Shown: positions 10,892-21,147 of the stretch, one piece after another
How the letters are laid out: each line of letters begins with the position of its first letter
Numbering within the stretch: position 1 is the first letter of the stretch
Assembly: GCA_963836075.1 (NCBI GenBank)
Contig: CAWIIB010000001.1
Coordinates: forward strand, 2,233,833 to 2,297,832
Direction of reading: 5' to 3'
Length of the DNA: 64,000 nucleotides
Source of the DNA: an uncultured Acidobacteriota bacterium
GTDB taxonomy: Bacteria; Acidobacteriota; JAQAZP01
Notes under the pieces: generated by a model
Database searches by the model: none
Seen by the model: the letters and a program-made list of their open reading frames with translations, nothing else
Told to the model about the DNA's origin: nothing
Position numbers and translations under genes: made by a program

Positions 10892-12112
10892 TTACTTGCG
10901 ATAGAGTTTCGGCACGATGGGCGCCCGCAGCCTCTGGGTGCTGGGAAATCCGGAACCGAGCAGCGGCCGCAGGTAGGTACGGAAGGCCTCGGTCACCCCG
11001 TTGCCCTGACGGTTGATGAAGTTGGCCGGCATGGTGCGGGTCTTGCCCGCCACCTTTTCCAGGGCGACCAGCTTGTAGTCAACCGAGTAGCGCCCGGTCC
11101 GCTTGATGGCCACCGACCCGTCGAGGTTGTGCCAGATGGCCAGCTGGGCCGCCCGTTCGCCCACTTCCCGGGCCTCGTTCTGGTCCACGTCGGAGACCAC
11201 CCCGGCAAAGGAGCGCTGGAGGTAGCCCAGGGTATCGGCGCGCACCCGACTGATCTTCAGCTTGCGCTTGATCAGATCGGCCAGCATGTCGCCCAGGGCG
11301 CCGCTGCCCGAGAGCTGCACGTTGCCGTGGGCGTCCCGCTCCACATTCTTGACCAGCTTCTGGGCGATGGGCACGTGCTTGGTGTCGCAGATCCCCTCGC
11401 TGGCCGCCACCACGCAGCGCCCCAGCCGCTGGACCGTCTTATTCACGTCTTCCACAAAGCGCTTCGGCTCGAAGGGCCGTTCCGGCAGGTAGACCAGGTG
11501 GGGGCCGTCCACGTCGTGGGTCTGGCCCAGCACCGATGCCGCGGTGAGGAACCCGGCATGACGTCCCATGACGATGCCGATGTAAACACCGGGAATCGAG
11601 CGGTTGTCCAGGTTGGCGCCCATGAAGGCCTGGGCCACAAAACGGGCGGCTGACGGATATCCCGGCGTGTGGTCGTTGAGCACCAGGTCGTTGTCAATGG
11701 TTTTGGGGATGTGGATCGCCCGCAGGTCGTAGTCCTCGGCCTCGGCCTGCTGGTTGACGATGCGCACCGTGTCGGCCGAATCGTTGCCGCCGATGTAGAA
11801 GAAGTAGCGGACGTCGTGGGCCTTCATCACGCGGAACATCTCGGCGCAGAACTTCTCGTTCGGCTTGGTGCGGGTGGAGAGCAGCGCCGAGGAGGAGGTC
11901 TGGCCCACCTGTTCCAGGTGGTGGGAGGTCTCCTGGGTCAGGTCGAGGAAATCCTCGTTGACGATCCCGTCCACCCCGTGCACCGCCCCGTAGACCCGGG
12001 TGACCTGGCTGAATTTGCGGGATTCCAGCACCACCCCCACCAGGCTCTGGTTGATCACGGCCGTGGGGCCGCCCCCCTGGGCTATCAGCACTTTTCCTTG
12101 CAGAACCGACAT
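10892..12112 (-). CDS. pfp: 6-phosphofructokinase, probably PPi-dependent
   Basis: QGGGPTAVIN, GGNDS (Asp) with PKTIDND (Lys) PPi-type signature, MGRHAG, GYLQRS. Confidence 0.9.
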   Translation of the reverse strand: MSVLQGKVLIAQGGGPTAVINQSLVGVVLESRKFSQVTRVYGAVHGVDGIVNEDFLDLTQETSHHLEQVGQTSSSALLSTRTKPNEKFCAEMFRVMKAHDVRYFFYIGGNDSADTVRIVNQQAEAEDYDLRAIHIPKTIDNDLVLNDHTPGYPSAARFVAQAFMGANLDNRSIPGVYIGIVMGRHAGFLTAASVLGQTHDVDGPHLVYLPERPFEPKRFVEDVNKTVQRLGRCVVAASEGICDTKHVPIAQKLVKNVERDAHGNVQLSGSGALGDMLADLIKRKLKISRVRADTLGYLQRSFAGVVSDVDQNEAREVGERAAQLAIWHNLDGSVAIKRTGRYSVDYKLVALEKVAGKTRTMPANFINRQGNGVTEAFRTYLRPLLGSGFPSTQRLRAPIVPKLYRK

Positions 12113-12319
12113 CTATTCATCCCCCGATCTGTGAAAGACTTCTGGTAGTGGAAACCGATTGCCGTGCCCCGGCCGCTCCCCCGCAACGCGGGGAAAACCG
12201 AGGGGATAAAAGGGTAATTGGTTCCACGGGCAGAGTCAATCGTCTGCAGCGCCGGGCACGGCTCCTCCGCCTCCCTGATTGCGTCGTCCTCCCAGTTCTC
12301 CTAAGATGGGGCCGCGTCA

Positions 12320-13762
12320 ATGTTGATCCACGATGGGGAAATCAGTGTCAATCGGGAGGTCCGGTGGCGGATGCGGCTCTCCGGCCGGCAGGAAAAAATC
12401 AAATCGGCCGTGCACCGGGCACTGGCCGCCGTGGCGGCGGCGCTTTGCCTGGCGCTGGCCGGCGGCTGCGCCGGCCCCGGCGAATATCACCGGCCCGGCT
12501 GCAGCGTGATCCTGATCTCCATCGACACCCTGCGATCAGACCGCCTCGGCTGCTACGGTCACTGGAGGGACACCTCGCCGCACATCGACGGCTTGCGGGC
12601 CGACGGATCCCTGTTCCGCCACACCATTGCCCAGGCGCCGTCCACCATGGCCTCCCACGCTTCCATCTTCACCTCGCTGGCTCCCGCCCACCACGGGGCC
12701 TTCATCTCGCGCCCCAGCCCGCTGCCCCAGAGCTGCACCACCATGGCCGAGATCCTCAGGGAGGCCGGCTATCAGACGGTCTCCTTCAACGACGGCGGCC
12801 AGATTTCGGGGGAGCTGGGCTTCGACCAGGGGTTTGACCGCTACGTCTGCCTGCCCAACGACGAGCGGATCGTCTACAACTTCAGCGCCACGGTGAAACT
12901 GGCCAACCGCTGGCTCAGCGAAGAACGGCGGCAGCCCTTCTTCCTTTTTCTGCACACCTACCACACCCACCACCCGTACACTCCGGACAAGCGGTTTCTC
13001 GACGAGCTGGGCGTGACCTACAGCGGCAGCCTGCCGTACCAGCTCAGCCCGCAGCTGCACCAGGACATCTATTCCGGCAAGGTCCGGCTGAGCCGGGAGG
13101 ACGGCGAATATTTCGCCGCGCTCTACGACGCCGAGATCCGCCAGATGGACCACGCCTTCGGCGGTCTGGTGGAGCAGTTGAAAACGCTGGGGCTCTATGA
13201 AGAGACACTGATCATCCTCACCTCGGACCACGGTGAGGAACTGGGAGAGCACGGCTGCTGGGGCTGGCATTCCCACACGCTTTTTGAAGAGCTGCTCCGG
13301 GTGCCGCTGATCATCAAGTTCCCGGGCAACGACTTTGCCGGGGCCGAGATCAGCCAACAGGTGCGCAGCCTCGACATCCTGCCCACCATCCTCGAGGTGG
13401 TCGGCGTCGACCCGCCGGAGGTCCTGGAAGGACGCAGCCTGATCCCCCCGCTCCAGGGACGGTCCGACGAGCCCCGCCCGGCGCTGTCCCAAATGGATCT
13501 GGCCGGCAGGCCGTTGTGCCTCAATTCCGCCGGCTGGAAATACTACCCCTCGAACATGGCGTACGCCGGCGGCCTGTACCGCATCGACGACGACCCCCTG
13601 GAACAGCGGAACCTCGTCCACCATGACCCGGAAACGGCCCGGGAGATGAAACGGCAGCTGGAGAGCCTGGTGGCCCAGCGACCCGAGGCCGTTGCGGGCC
13701 AGGGGCTGGAGCTGTCCGAAAAGGTGACCGACCAGTTGCGCCTGCTGGGATATATCGACTAG
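12320..13762 (+). CDS. Sulfatase-like (alkaline phosphatase superfamily) lipoprotein
   Basis: ISIDTLRSD, APSTMASHASIFTS, FLFLHTYHTHHPY, YDAEI, TSDHGEE, LRLLGYID; lipobox AGGC; start may be 12371. Confidence 0.85.
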   Translation: MLIHDGEISVNREVRWRMRLSGRQEKIKSAVHRALAAVAAALCLALAGGCAGPGEYHRPGCSVILISIDTLRSDRLGCYGHWRDTSPHIDGLRADGSLFRHTIAQAPSTMASHASIFTSLAPAHHGAFISRPSPLPQSCTTMAEILREAGYQTVSFNDGGQISGELGFDQGFDRYVCLPNDERIVYNFSATVKLANRWLSEERRQPFFLFLHTYHTHHPYTPDKRFLDELGVTYSGSLPYQLSPQLHQDIYSGKVRLSREDGEYFAALYDAEIRQMDHAFGGLVEQLKTLGLYEETLIILTSDHGEELGEHGCWGWHSHTLFEELLRVPLIIKFPGNDFAGAEISQQVRSLDILPTILEVVGVDPPEVLEGRSLIPPLQGRSDEPRPALSQMDLAGRPLCLNSAGWKYYPSNMAYAGGLYRIDDDPLEQRNLVHHDPETAREMKRQLESLVAQRPEAVAGQGLELSEKVTDQLRLLGYID

Positions 13763-13868
13763 CCCGCCGCTCCGCTCCCGCGATTTAATTTCATCAAATT
13801 ATTCTCAACAACAGGCCGGCGGTCGTTAAACCAATTGAGGGCGATGCACCGCACGCCCTCATTGCTCG

Positions 13869-14111
13869 ATGAACGGCCCGCGGGAGGGCAGGACGATGAT
13901 CCGATCCAGAACAGAACAGAAATTCGGCGCCCTGGTGGATGAGCACCGGCTGGCCCTGGTGGTGGGATACCTGATCCACACCGGCACCGCCTTCTTCTGC
14001 GTCCCCGGAGACGAGGAGGACTGGCTGGTCACCGTGAACAAGAACGACGGTGAAGAGCTGGCGGCCATCGACAGGGATACCCGAACGGAAACAGACCGGG
14101 TGATCCGATGA
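13869..14111 (+). CDS. Small hypothetical protein coupled to the ECF sigma gene
   Basis: Host-like GC3 codon bias; ATGA overlap with 14108. Confidence 0.5.
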   Translation: MNGPREGRTMIRSRTEQKFGALVDEHRLALVVGYLIHTGTAFFCVPGDEEDWLVTVNKNDGEELAAIDRDTRTETDRVIR

Positions 14112-14662
14112 GCGACGATGGCCAGTGGCGCGACACCGTGGAGCACCTCTACGGCAAGCATTTCGACACGCTGCACCGTATCGCCTGGCGCTGTCTCAGC
14201 GACCGGAACATGGTGCGGGACGTGATCCAGGACATCTTCGCCAGGCTGCTGGCCACCAACCGCAGCTTCGCCACCCTGGAGGATGCCGAGCGCTTCCTCT
14301 TCCGCTCGTTCAAGAACCTGCTGATCGACAAGGCTCGCAGCCGCTCCCGGTGGCAGTATGTGGAGCTGGACCAGGCCGGGGGTGACCTTCCCTCCACCGG
14401 CGCGGCCCAGGACGAACAGCTGGTGAGCCGGCGGCTGGAGGGGAAGAGCCTTCCGCTGCCCCAGCCCGAGCGGGGAATATTCCAGATGGCCTATTTCGAG
14501 AAGAAAAGCGACGAGGAGATCGCCCGCCGGCTCAACCTGAAGCTGAGCACCATTCGCTACCGGCTGCGCCTGGCGCGGCTGGAGATCACCCGGATCCTGG
14601 CGGAAAAACACCGCTGGGCCCCGCGGGAAATTGCACAACTACTTTCGAGGGCAAAAGATTGA
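14108..14662 (+). CDS. ECF RNA polymerase sigma factor
   Basis: Region 2 DVIQDIF...KNLLID; region 4 SDEEIARRLNLKLSTIRYRLRLA. Confidence 0.85.
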   Translation: MSDDGQWRDTVEHLYGKHFDTLHRIAWRCLSDRNMVRDVIQDIFARLLATNRSFATLEDAERFLFRSFKNLLIDKARSRSRWQYVELDQAGGDLPSTGAAQDEQLVSRRLEGKSLPLPQPERGIFQMAYFEKKSDEEIARRLNLKLSTIRYRLRLARLEITRILAEKHRWAPREIAQLLSRAKD

Positions 14663-15417
14663 ACAACAAACACCAGGACGGACCTTTTACAGCCACCGAC
14701 GGAACCGCCTGCCCCTCCCCCGACGCACTGCTCCGCTATGCGGATCACAAGCTGCCCCGCAGGCGGGCAGGAGAAGTGCGGGCGCACATGGAAAGCTGCG
14801 GCTGCTGCGCGGAACTGACCGGCCTGATGGGATCTCCGGCCGACCTGCCGGCGGTGGAGCGAAAGAAGGACCGGGAACTGGTGGCCCGGCGCCTGGGGTT
14901 CGCCGGCAAAAAGTCGCTGCTCGGCAGGCTGCTCGAACTGTCCGACCGACTGTGGGAGGTCAGAGCCCCGATCCTGGTGCCGGTGAGCATCACCGCTCTG
15001 CTGCTCTTTATCCTCCTTCCGGCAGCACCGCCAGTGACGAGGAAGGACGCCACGCCCCTGGTCTACCACTACACGGAAATGAGCCTGATGTTCTCCAGCG
15101 ACCTGATCCTGAGGTCCGGACAGGGAGTTGATCACCAGGCAACCGCCGGTTCGCTGATCATCCTCCAGCACCACTCCAGCCAGGCCGACCTTGCCGCCGG
15201 CGATCCCGTCTCGCTGACCATCAGCGGGGGTCCGGCAAGAGAGAGGATCCTGCTGGCCACGGTATCCGGTGACGGGTTGATCGAGGTGCCCCTGGTCTTC
15301 CCCCGGCCCGGCAGATACCAGATCCGTATCTCCCGCCGTGACTCCGACGAAAATCTGGCTGATCTTCAGTGCACCATTACCGCTCCGTCTACTCCTGAAA
15401 CCTGCCCCAACAACTGA
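14659..15417 (+). CDS. zf-HC2 anti-sigma factor, single TM
   Basis: HMESCGCC (HxxxCxxC) motif, one TM helix, overlaps the sigma stop. Confidence 0.8.
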   Translation: MNNKHQDGPFTATDGTACPSPDALLRYADHKLPRRRAGEVRAHMESCGCCAELTGLMGSPADLPAVERKKDRELVARRLGFAGKKSLLGRLLELSDRLWEVRAPILVPVSITALLLFILLPAAPPVTRKDATPLVYHYTEMSLMFSSDLILRSGQGVDHQATAGSLIILQHHSSQADLAAGDPVSLTISGGPARERILLATVSGDGLIEVPLVFPRPGRYQIRISRRDSDENLADLQCTITAPSTPETCPNN

Positions 15418-15521
15418 ACACGACTGATCTATCTACAAATCCCGCTAAAATCACACCGTACCCTCACCCTGTTCACCACGCTGGCCGGTCTGCCGGCCGT
15501 TGCCTTGATGTACTGCGGCCG

Positions 15522-16592
15522 TCAGGCCGGAGACGGGGAGTGTCTTCCGATCGCGATCATCCGGGTCACTGCCCGGCGCGCCCGCCGGATCACCTCCTCC
15601 GGCAGTTCGATCTGATGCTGCAGGTGGAGCAGGGCGTCCCTGGTCTGTTCGAGGGTTATCTGGTTCATGTGCGGGCAGCGCACGCTGCAGAGCCGCAGCA
15701 TCTCTTTTTCAGGGTTCTCGGCGGCCACGTTGTCGCCCATGGCACATTCGGTGAGCAGCAGATACTGCTCCGCCCCCGAGTCCCGGACCTGCTCGATCAT
15801 CGCCTTGGTGCTGCCGGAAAAATCCGATGCCTCCACCACCTCGGGACTGCACTCCGGGTGGGAAAGCACCAGCACGTCCGGGAACTGGGCCCGCACGTCC
15901 TCGATGTCCTGTACGGTGAACTGCTCGTGCACCTCGCAGCGTCCCTTCCAGCCCACCATGGCGTATTCCAGCTCAGCGCCCTGTCCGGCCGCGGCCCGCG
16001 GCCCCTTGTGGGGGAAGATGATCCGGCGGCCGGTCTCCCGTGCCGTGTTGCGGGCCAGGTATTCGTCAGGCAGAAAGATCACCGGGCCGTCGCCCAGCGA
16101 ATCGATCACTTCGGCCGCGTTGCCCGACGTGCAGCAGATGTCGCTCTCCGCCTTCACCCCGGCGTAGGTGTTGACATAGGTCACCACCGGCACGCCGGGA
16201 TACTGCCGCCGCAGCTCACGTACATCCTCGGCGGTGATGCTCTCGGCCAGCGAGCAGCCGGCGTCCAGCGAGGGGATCAGCACGGTCTTCTCCGGACTGA
16301 GGATTTTCGCCGTCTCGGCCATGAAGACTACGCCGCAAAAGACAATGACCTCCGCTTGGGCCTCCGCCGCCACACGGCTCAACTCCAGCGAGTCGCCGGT
16401 GACATCGGGCACCGAGTGGAACAGCGCCGGCTCCATGTAGTTGTGACCGAGAATCAGCGCGCCGCGCTCCAGCTTCAGCTGCTCGATCTCCGCCACCAGC
16501 TCGGCCTTCAGCCGCAGTTCCGCATCGGGAACCACAAGCGCCAGCTTCGCTTTCAGCTTTTCGTATGCCCGCTCGATGCTCGTCCGATCCAT
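15522..16592 (-). CDS. nadA: Quinolinate synthase
   Basis: ILGHNY, GDSLEL, FCGVVFMAETAKIL, AGCSLA, CEVH, HPEC, CPHM. Confidence 0.95.
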   Translation of the reverse strand: MDRTSIERAYEKLKAKLALVVPDAELRLKAELVAEIEQLKLERGALILGHNYMEPALFHSVPDVTGDSLELSRVAAEAQAEVIVFCGVVFMAETAKILSPEKTVLIPSLDAGCSLAESITAEDVRELRRQYPGVPVVTYVNTYAGVKAESDICCTSGNAAEVIDSLGDGPVIFLPDEYLARNTARETGRRIIFPHKGPRAAAGQGAELEYAMVGWKGRCEVHEQFTVQDIEDVRAQFPDVLVLSHPECSPEVVEASDFSGSTKAMIEQVRDSGAEQYLLLTECAMGDNVAAENPEKEMLRLCSVRCPHMNQITLEQTRDALLHLQHQIELPEEVIRRARRAVTRMIAIGRHSPSPA

Positions 16593-16763
16593 TGGCTTCC
16601 ACTTCCTCCGAAAATCCCGGCTGTCCGGACAATTATCTATAGATTTTATCTATTATAGGCCGTCACGAAAATTTATGTGAACAAAATTCGCCCTGGATCA
16701 TCCGGCGACGCCCTCGATCGCCTGCGCTGCCGGACTGATGTCAGGGATGAGCGGTCCGGCTGC

Positions 16764-17630
16764 TCAGATAGGATCCACTACGACGCGTACCCGGAAGTTG
16801 CCGGTGTTGTCTTCCAGTTTTTCGTCGTTGATCCCCAGTTCCAGTTCCCCGTCGATGGGGCTTTTGAGGATCTTCTCCGAACCGACCACATAGGGCGTGT
16901 CCCACAGGGGACGGAACCTGGCGATGAGCATGCCGATGTTGTTGCCGGGCAGCGGTCTGCCCTGCCAGCCGGTGTATGCCTGTCCGTCAGGCCCCACCTC
17001 CCGGCCCACGCGATCGGTGCCCCACTTGATGGTGCCGGTGGCGGTGATGCTGACGCGCTGGTTCCGTTTCAGCATGATGCCGGTGCGCAGCCATTTGGTG
17101 GTGGCGGGAACCCCCACCGTAAATTCCTGGGCGGCCCGGCTGAGCGTGCGGTCCTGCGGCCCTTCCTGCGAATCGAGCCCCTTTGGGACCCGGTTCATGT
17201 TCCCGGTGAACACCAGCAGCTGCACCGGGTGTCCGGGACCGATTTCATATTTGCTCACGCCGTTTTTGCTCTTCAGGCTGAAGGTCACCGGCTTGGATGC
17301 ACGGATGAACCCTTCGATGCCGCTGCCGCCGCCCACCCGCTCCAGCTGGTAGATGGCCACCCGCAGTCTGTTCTTCGGCCGCTCCACATGGGTCACTTCC
17401 TTGAAGACCAGCCGGTGGATGCGGTCGAAACGGACACGGACCGGGTCGCCCTCGATCCGTTCCAGTTCGAGGAACTCGTCGGGGAAAATCGCCGTCCCCT
17501 TCACTTCGTTGCCGTTGGCCGCCTTCAATTCCACCGGGCCCACGTCCAACTCGGCGGCGGAACCGGCGCCGGCCAGCAAACCGGCGGAGAGAAAGATCAC
17601 CAGACAGCGCCACATCGATTTTCCGGTCAT
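16764..17630 (-). CDS. Secreted protein with C-terminal PA-IL/LecA-like lectin domain
   Basis: Signal peptide; WLRTGIML...ITATG...VGPDG...GMLIAR...GELELGIND...DNTGNF. Confidence 0.65.
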   Translation of the reverse strand: MTGKSMWRCLVIFLSAGLLAGAGSAAELDVGPVELKAANGNEVKGTAIFPDEFLELERIEGDPVRVRFDRIHRLVFKEVTHVERPKNRLRVAIYQLERVGGGSGIEGFIRASKPVTFSLKSKNGVSKYEIGPGHPVQLLVFTGNMNRVPKGLDSQEGPQDRTLSRAAQEFTVGVPATTKWLRTGIMLKRNQRVSITATGTIKWGTDRVGREVGPDGQAYTGWQGRPLPGNNIGMLIARFRPLWDTPYVVGSEKILKSPIDGELELGINDEKLEDNTGNFRVRVVVDPI

Positions 17631-17747
17631 GCCGTCCTCCGTAGGGGATGTATGCAGGATTGTTTTTCTTCAGGCAGGATCGAGTGTAGTGATTTCCCGA
17701 TCAGGGGTCAAGATTTTCCGGCGCCGCGCACTCCGGCCGTAGACAAA

Positions 17748-17779
17748 GGAACACCGGCCAGCCGGCTGACCGGTGTTCC
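17748..17779 (-). terminator. Hairpin after the aldo/keto reductase remnant
   Basis: GGAACACCGG...CCGGTGTTCC inverted repeat. Confidence 0.5.
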
Positions 17780-17796
17780 GCTGTTCATCCGTGCGG

Positions 17797-17982
17797 TTAC
17801 CCGATGAAATCGTCCGGGACGTTGGCGATCCTGGCGATGTCCAGGGCCTTCTCCCTGACGTCGAAGCCCATGGTGCAGTCGGTCACCGTGCAGGGGTCGC
17901 ACGATTCACAGACCGGCGGGGCGAGTTCCAGACCGCGCACCGCGTTCTTGGCCTTGGCCAGGTCGCGGTACCCGTAAGCGTA
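17797..17982 (-). pseudogene. Orphan C-terminal remnant of an Fe-S-containing aldo/keto reductase
   Basis: Hand translation YAYGYRDLAKAKNAVRGLELAPPVCESCDPCTVTDCTMGFDVREKALDIARIANVPDDFIG*; no start codon. Confidence 0.6.
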
Positions 17983-17995
17983 TCAAGGAAAGTGC

Positions 17996-18850
17996 CTATG
18001 CCCGGTTCAGCAGACGGTCCAGGTCCCCCATCTCCTCTGCGGTCAGCTCAAAATCGAAAATGCCGAGATCTTCAATCATGTGCTGCGGGGAGCAGGTGCC
18101 GGTCAGCGGCACAATGCCTATCTGGCTGAGATAGCGGAATAGAACCTGCGGCCCGGTCCTGCCGTGGTCCCGAGCGATGGAGCCCAGGGCACTGCTGGCC
18201 AGCAGGTGCGGGTTTGCCGTGAGCGTCCAGAAACTCTGGTAGAGAACACCATGGGCGGAGCACCACTGCCGCAGATCCCTGTCGTACTCCGTCGCCTGGT
18301 AAAACCGGTTCTGAACGACGGCTGGTTTGACCCGCGAATCGGCATGGAGCGCCATCAGCACCCCGGGGTCGTAGCAGTTGCTGATTCCCAGCTGGCCGGC
18401 ACCGCCCGCTTGATGAATCGTCTCCAGTGCCGCCCAGGCCTCCATCAGCAGCGCGTGGGGTTCCAGAGGTGAGTGCAGCACCAGGGAATCGACATACTCT
18501 GTTCGCAGGTTCTTTTGCGTGGCGGCGAATGACTGGGCGATCTGCTGCCCGACGGGAGCATCCCTGTCGTAGGGCACGTTGCGGGGGTCCTGGCCGGGAA
18601 GCGGGGTGAACTTGCTCTGCAGAAACAGGGACTGGCGATGGATCCCCTGTTCGGCCAGCCGGCCAAGGGCCTCGCCAACCAGCGCCTCATCGTAGTGCCT
18701 GGGCTGGCAGGCGGTGTCGATCCCCCGGAAACCGGTCCGCACCGCTCTGACCACCAGGTCCGCCGTACGCTCCTTCTTCCAGGCCGTCCCGTAGATAATC
18801 CCCGGCATCCTCACGCCGGCGGAAGTTGTCAGCCAGGTTTGTTGAGCCAT
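17996..18850 (-). CDS. Aldo/keto reductase
   Basis: MPGIIYGTAWK, GFRGIDTA, YVDSLVLHSP, LGISN, VQNRF. Confidence 0.9.
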   Translation of the reverse strand: MAQQTWLTTSAGVRMPGIIYGTAWKKERTADLVVRAVRTGFRGIDTACQPRHYDEALVGEALGRLAEQGIHRQSLFLQSKFTPLPGQDPRNVPYDRDAPVGQQIAQSFAATQKNLRTEYVDSLVLHSPLEPHALLMEAWAALETIHQAGGAGQLGISNCYDPGVLMALHADSRVKPAVVQNRFYQATEYDRDLRQWCSAHGVLYQSFWTLTANPHLLASSALGSIARDHGRTGPQVLFRYLSQIGIVPLTGTCSPQHMIEDLGIFDFELTAEEMGDLDRLLNRA

Positions 18851-19066
18851 GATCCAGAACCTTTCTCTCTAAAAATGAGAATTGCGATACAGATGAAGCA
18901 TAACCAGATCCTCAGCCGCCGTCCACGTTTTACCCGCTTGCGGCTGGCCGGAAAAGGGTGGAAGTGCACAATTCGCCACAACGCTTCCCTTCAGCTGAAC
19001 ATTGCCGCCGCTGGATGGAGACCCTATAATCTGACGCGATAATCGTGAAACAGCAGAGGCGACAGG

Positions 19067-20836
19067 ATGGCATCGATCACGCTCCACAACCTGCCGGACA
19101 ACCCGGTCACCATCGAACTGGACAGCGATCAGGTCACCATTGGCCGGTCCGCGAACAACGATATTGTGCTCAATCATCGTTCCGTGTCCCGCAACCACGC
19201 TGTTCTGGTGACCGGCACCGGCGGCAGTTATCAGGTACGGGACCTGGGGAGCAAGAACGGCGTGCTGCTCAACGGCCTGCGGATCAAGGAGCGGGCACTG
19301 CTCGCTGACGGGGACCGCCTGCGCCTGGGTGACCGGGAACTGGTCTACTCCAATCCCGCTGAGCTCAGGCCGGGGACTCCCGGCACGGCGGACGAAGCGA
19401 ACAGGGTCCGGCCTGCTGCGGCAACCCGCGGGGCGGCTGACCTGGGAACGATGATGGTCCCGGTGGAGGAGATCCTCACCACGCTGGGCGACACCGGCGG
19501 AGTGGATCTCTCCCGCTCGGCCGAGATCTGGTCCGAAGAGGCGGGTGATCCGGAGTCTCAATCGAAACGGCTGTCCCGTCTGTCGGCGGTGATCAACCAG
19601 ACTGCGCTGGCGCTGATTTCCAACCGGCCGTTGCCTGATATTCTCGAGCTGGTGCTGGACCTGGTCTTTGATTCCCTGCCGGTCCTCCGGGGGTCTCTGA
19701 TGCTCCTGGACACCGAGGATCAGGCCGCGGCGGAAGACCCCACGTTCCGGGAAGTGATCTCTCGCCGGCGGGGAAAAACCAACGGTGCGTCACAGTTCAG
19801 TCCCAGCAACACCATCCTGCAGCAGGTGGTGAGCAAAAGAGTGGCGCTGCTCACCCGGGATGCCATGGTCGACGACCGTTTCGACGCGTCACAGAGCGTG
19901 ATGACCCAGGGAATCCGCTCCGCCATGTGCGCTCCGCTGTGGAGCCACACCAGGGTGATCGGCGTGATCTACGTGGACAGCCTCAACCCGATCCACCACT
20001 TTGGCCGCGAGGAACTGGAACTGCTGACCTTCATCGCCAACCTGGCCGCGTTGAAGATCGAGAACTCCCGTCTGCTGGAGCAGTATCTGGAGAAACAGCG
20101 GATTGAGGAGGAAATGGCCCTGGCCGCCGTCATTCAGGGCCAGCTGTTGCCGGCGGAAAGCCCGGTGCTGCCGGGGTACGAGATCTGCGGCTTCAACCGC
20201 CAGTGCCACGAGGTTGGCGGGGACTACTACGACTTCATGGAACGGGCCGGTGGAAAACTGGGGATCAGCGTCGGAGATGTGTCCGGCAAGGGAATCGGGG
20301 CGTCGCTGCTGATGGCTGGCCTCCACGCCTGCCTCCATGTGCTCAACGCTTCGGGGCTCGATCTCACCTCCATCATGGGCCGGTTGAACGAGCATTTCTG
20401 TGAGCACTCGGCACAAAACAAGTTCGTCACCTTTTTCAACGCTGAGCTCGATGCCGGAGAGAACCGCTTGCGGTTCTGCAACGCCGGGCACAACCCGCCG
20501 CTCCTGCTGCGCGCCGCCGGCGGCGAGGTGGAGCAGCTGAGCGAGGGTGGGCCGGTGCTGGGTGTGATCGAGGGCGCCGAATACCTAATGGCGGTCCGGG
20601 ACCTGGCTCCGGGAGACCTGGTGCTGCTCTACACCGATGGGGTTACCGAAACCAAGACCCGGGACGGGGAGGAGTTCGGCATCCGGCGGCTGGCCGATTT
20701 TCTCCTTTCCTCCTACCGGTCCTCACCATCCGGAATACTGGAGTCTCTGGTGCAGGAGCTGGCACGCTTTCGCGGGCCGGAGGAGCCACGCGAGGACGAC
20801 ATGACCCTGGTCCTGATCAAGCGGTCCGACAGCTGA
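19067..20836 (+). CDS. FHA-GAF-PP2C (SpoIIE/RsbU-like) Ser/Thr phosphatase
   Basis: IGRS...VSRNHA...DLGSKNG (FHA); SAMCAPL (GAF); VGGDYYD, GDVSGKG, NAGHNPP, YTDG, DDMT. Confidence 0.9.
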   Translation: MASITLHNLPDNPVTIELDSDQVTIGRSANNDIVLNHRSVSRNHAVLVTGTGGSYQVRDLGSKNGVLLNGLRIKERALLADGDRLRLGDRELVYSNPAELRPGTPGTADEANRVRPAAATRGAADLGTMMVPVEEILTTLGDTGGVDLSRSAEIWSEEAGDPESQSKRLSRLSAVINQTALALISNRPLPDILELVLDLVFDSLPVLRGSLMLLDTEDQAAAEDPTFREVISRRRGKTNGASQFSPSNTILQQVVSKRVALLTRDAMVDDRFDASQSVMTQGIRSAMCAPLWSHTRVIGVIYVDSLNPIHHFGREELELLTFIANLAALKIENSRLLEQYLEKQRIEEEMALAAVIQGQLLPAESPVLPGYEICGFNRQCHEVGGDYYDFMERAGGKLGISVGDVSGKGIGASLLMAGLHACLHVLNASGLDLTSIMGRLNEHFCEHSAQNKFVTFFNAELDAGENRLRFCNAGHNPPLLLRAAGGEVEQLSEGGPVLGVIEGAEYLMAVRDLAPGDLVLLYTDGVTETKTRDGEEFGIRRLADFLLSSYRSSPSGILESLVQELARFRGPEEPREDDMTLVLIKRSDS

Positions 20837-21147
20837 ATCCCGCCGAGCCCGCAGTGCCGAGCGGATTTCGACCCTTTTCCTGAACCGCCAATTCGCAGGT
20901 AATCCGCGTCTGCCCCTGCCCCGCACCGTCCGTTAACGGCCGGACAACGAAATGCCGGCTCACTGCCCACCGGGACCCGGCCCGGGCAACCGTGGAGCGG
21001 ATGTGCCGCCAGGGCGAGAGCCCCCGGCCCCACTGACCGGCTCTCCGGGCAACCCGACGGGTTTGACTCTGATGACATCAAATTCCGGATAATGGAAATG
21101 GAACCGCTGGCAACAGCCCCGAACAGAAAAACTGTGAGGATCAGGTC

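Noticed and set aside
20840-21140. Possible riboswitch or ncRNA (repeated CCGGGCAACC)
   Set aside because: No recognisable consensus; GC-rich hairpins are expected by chance.
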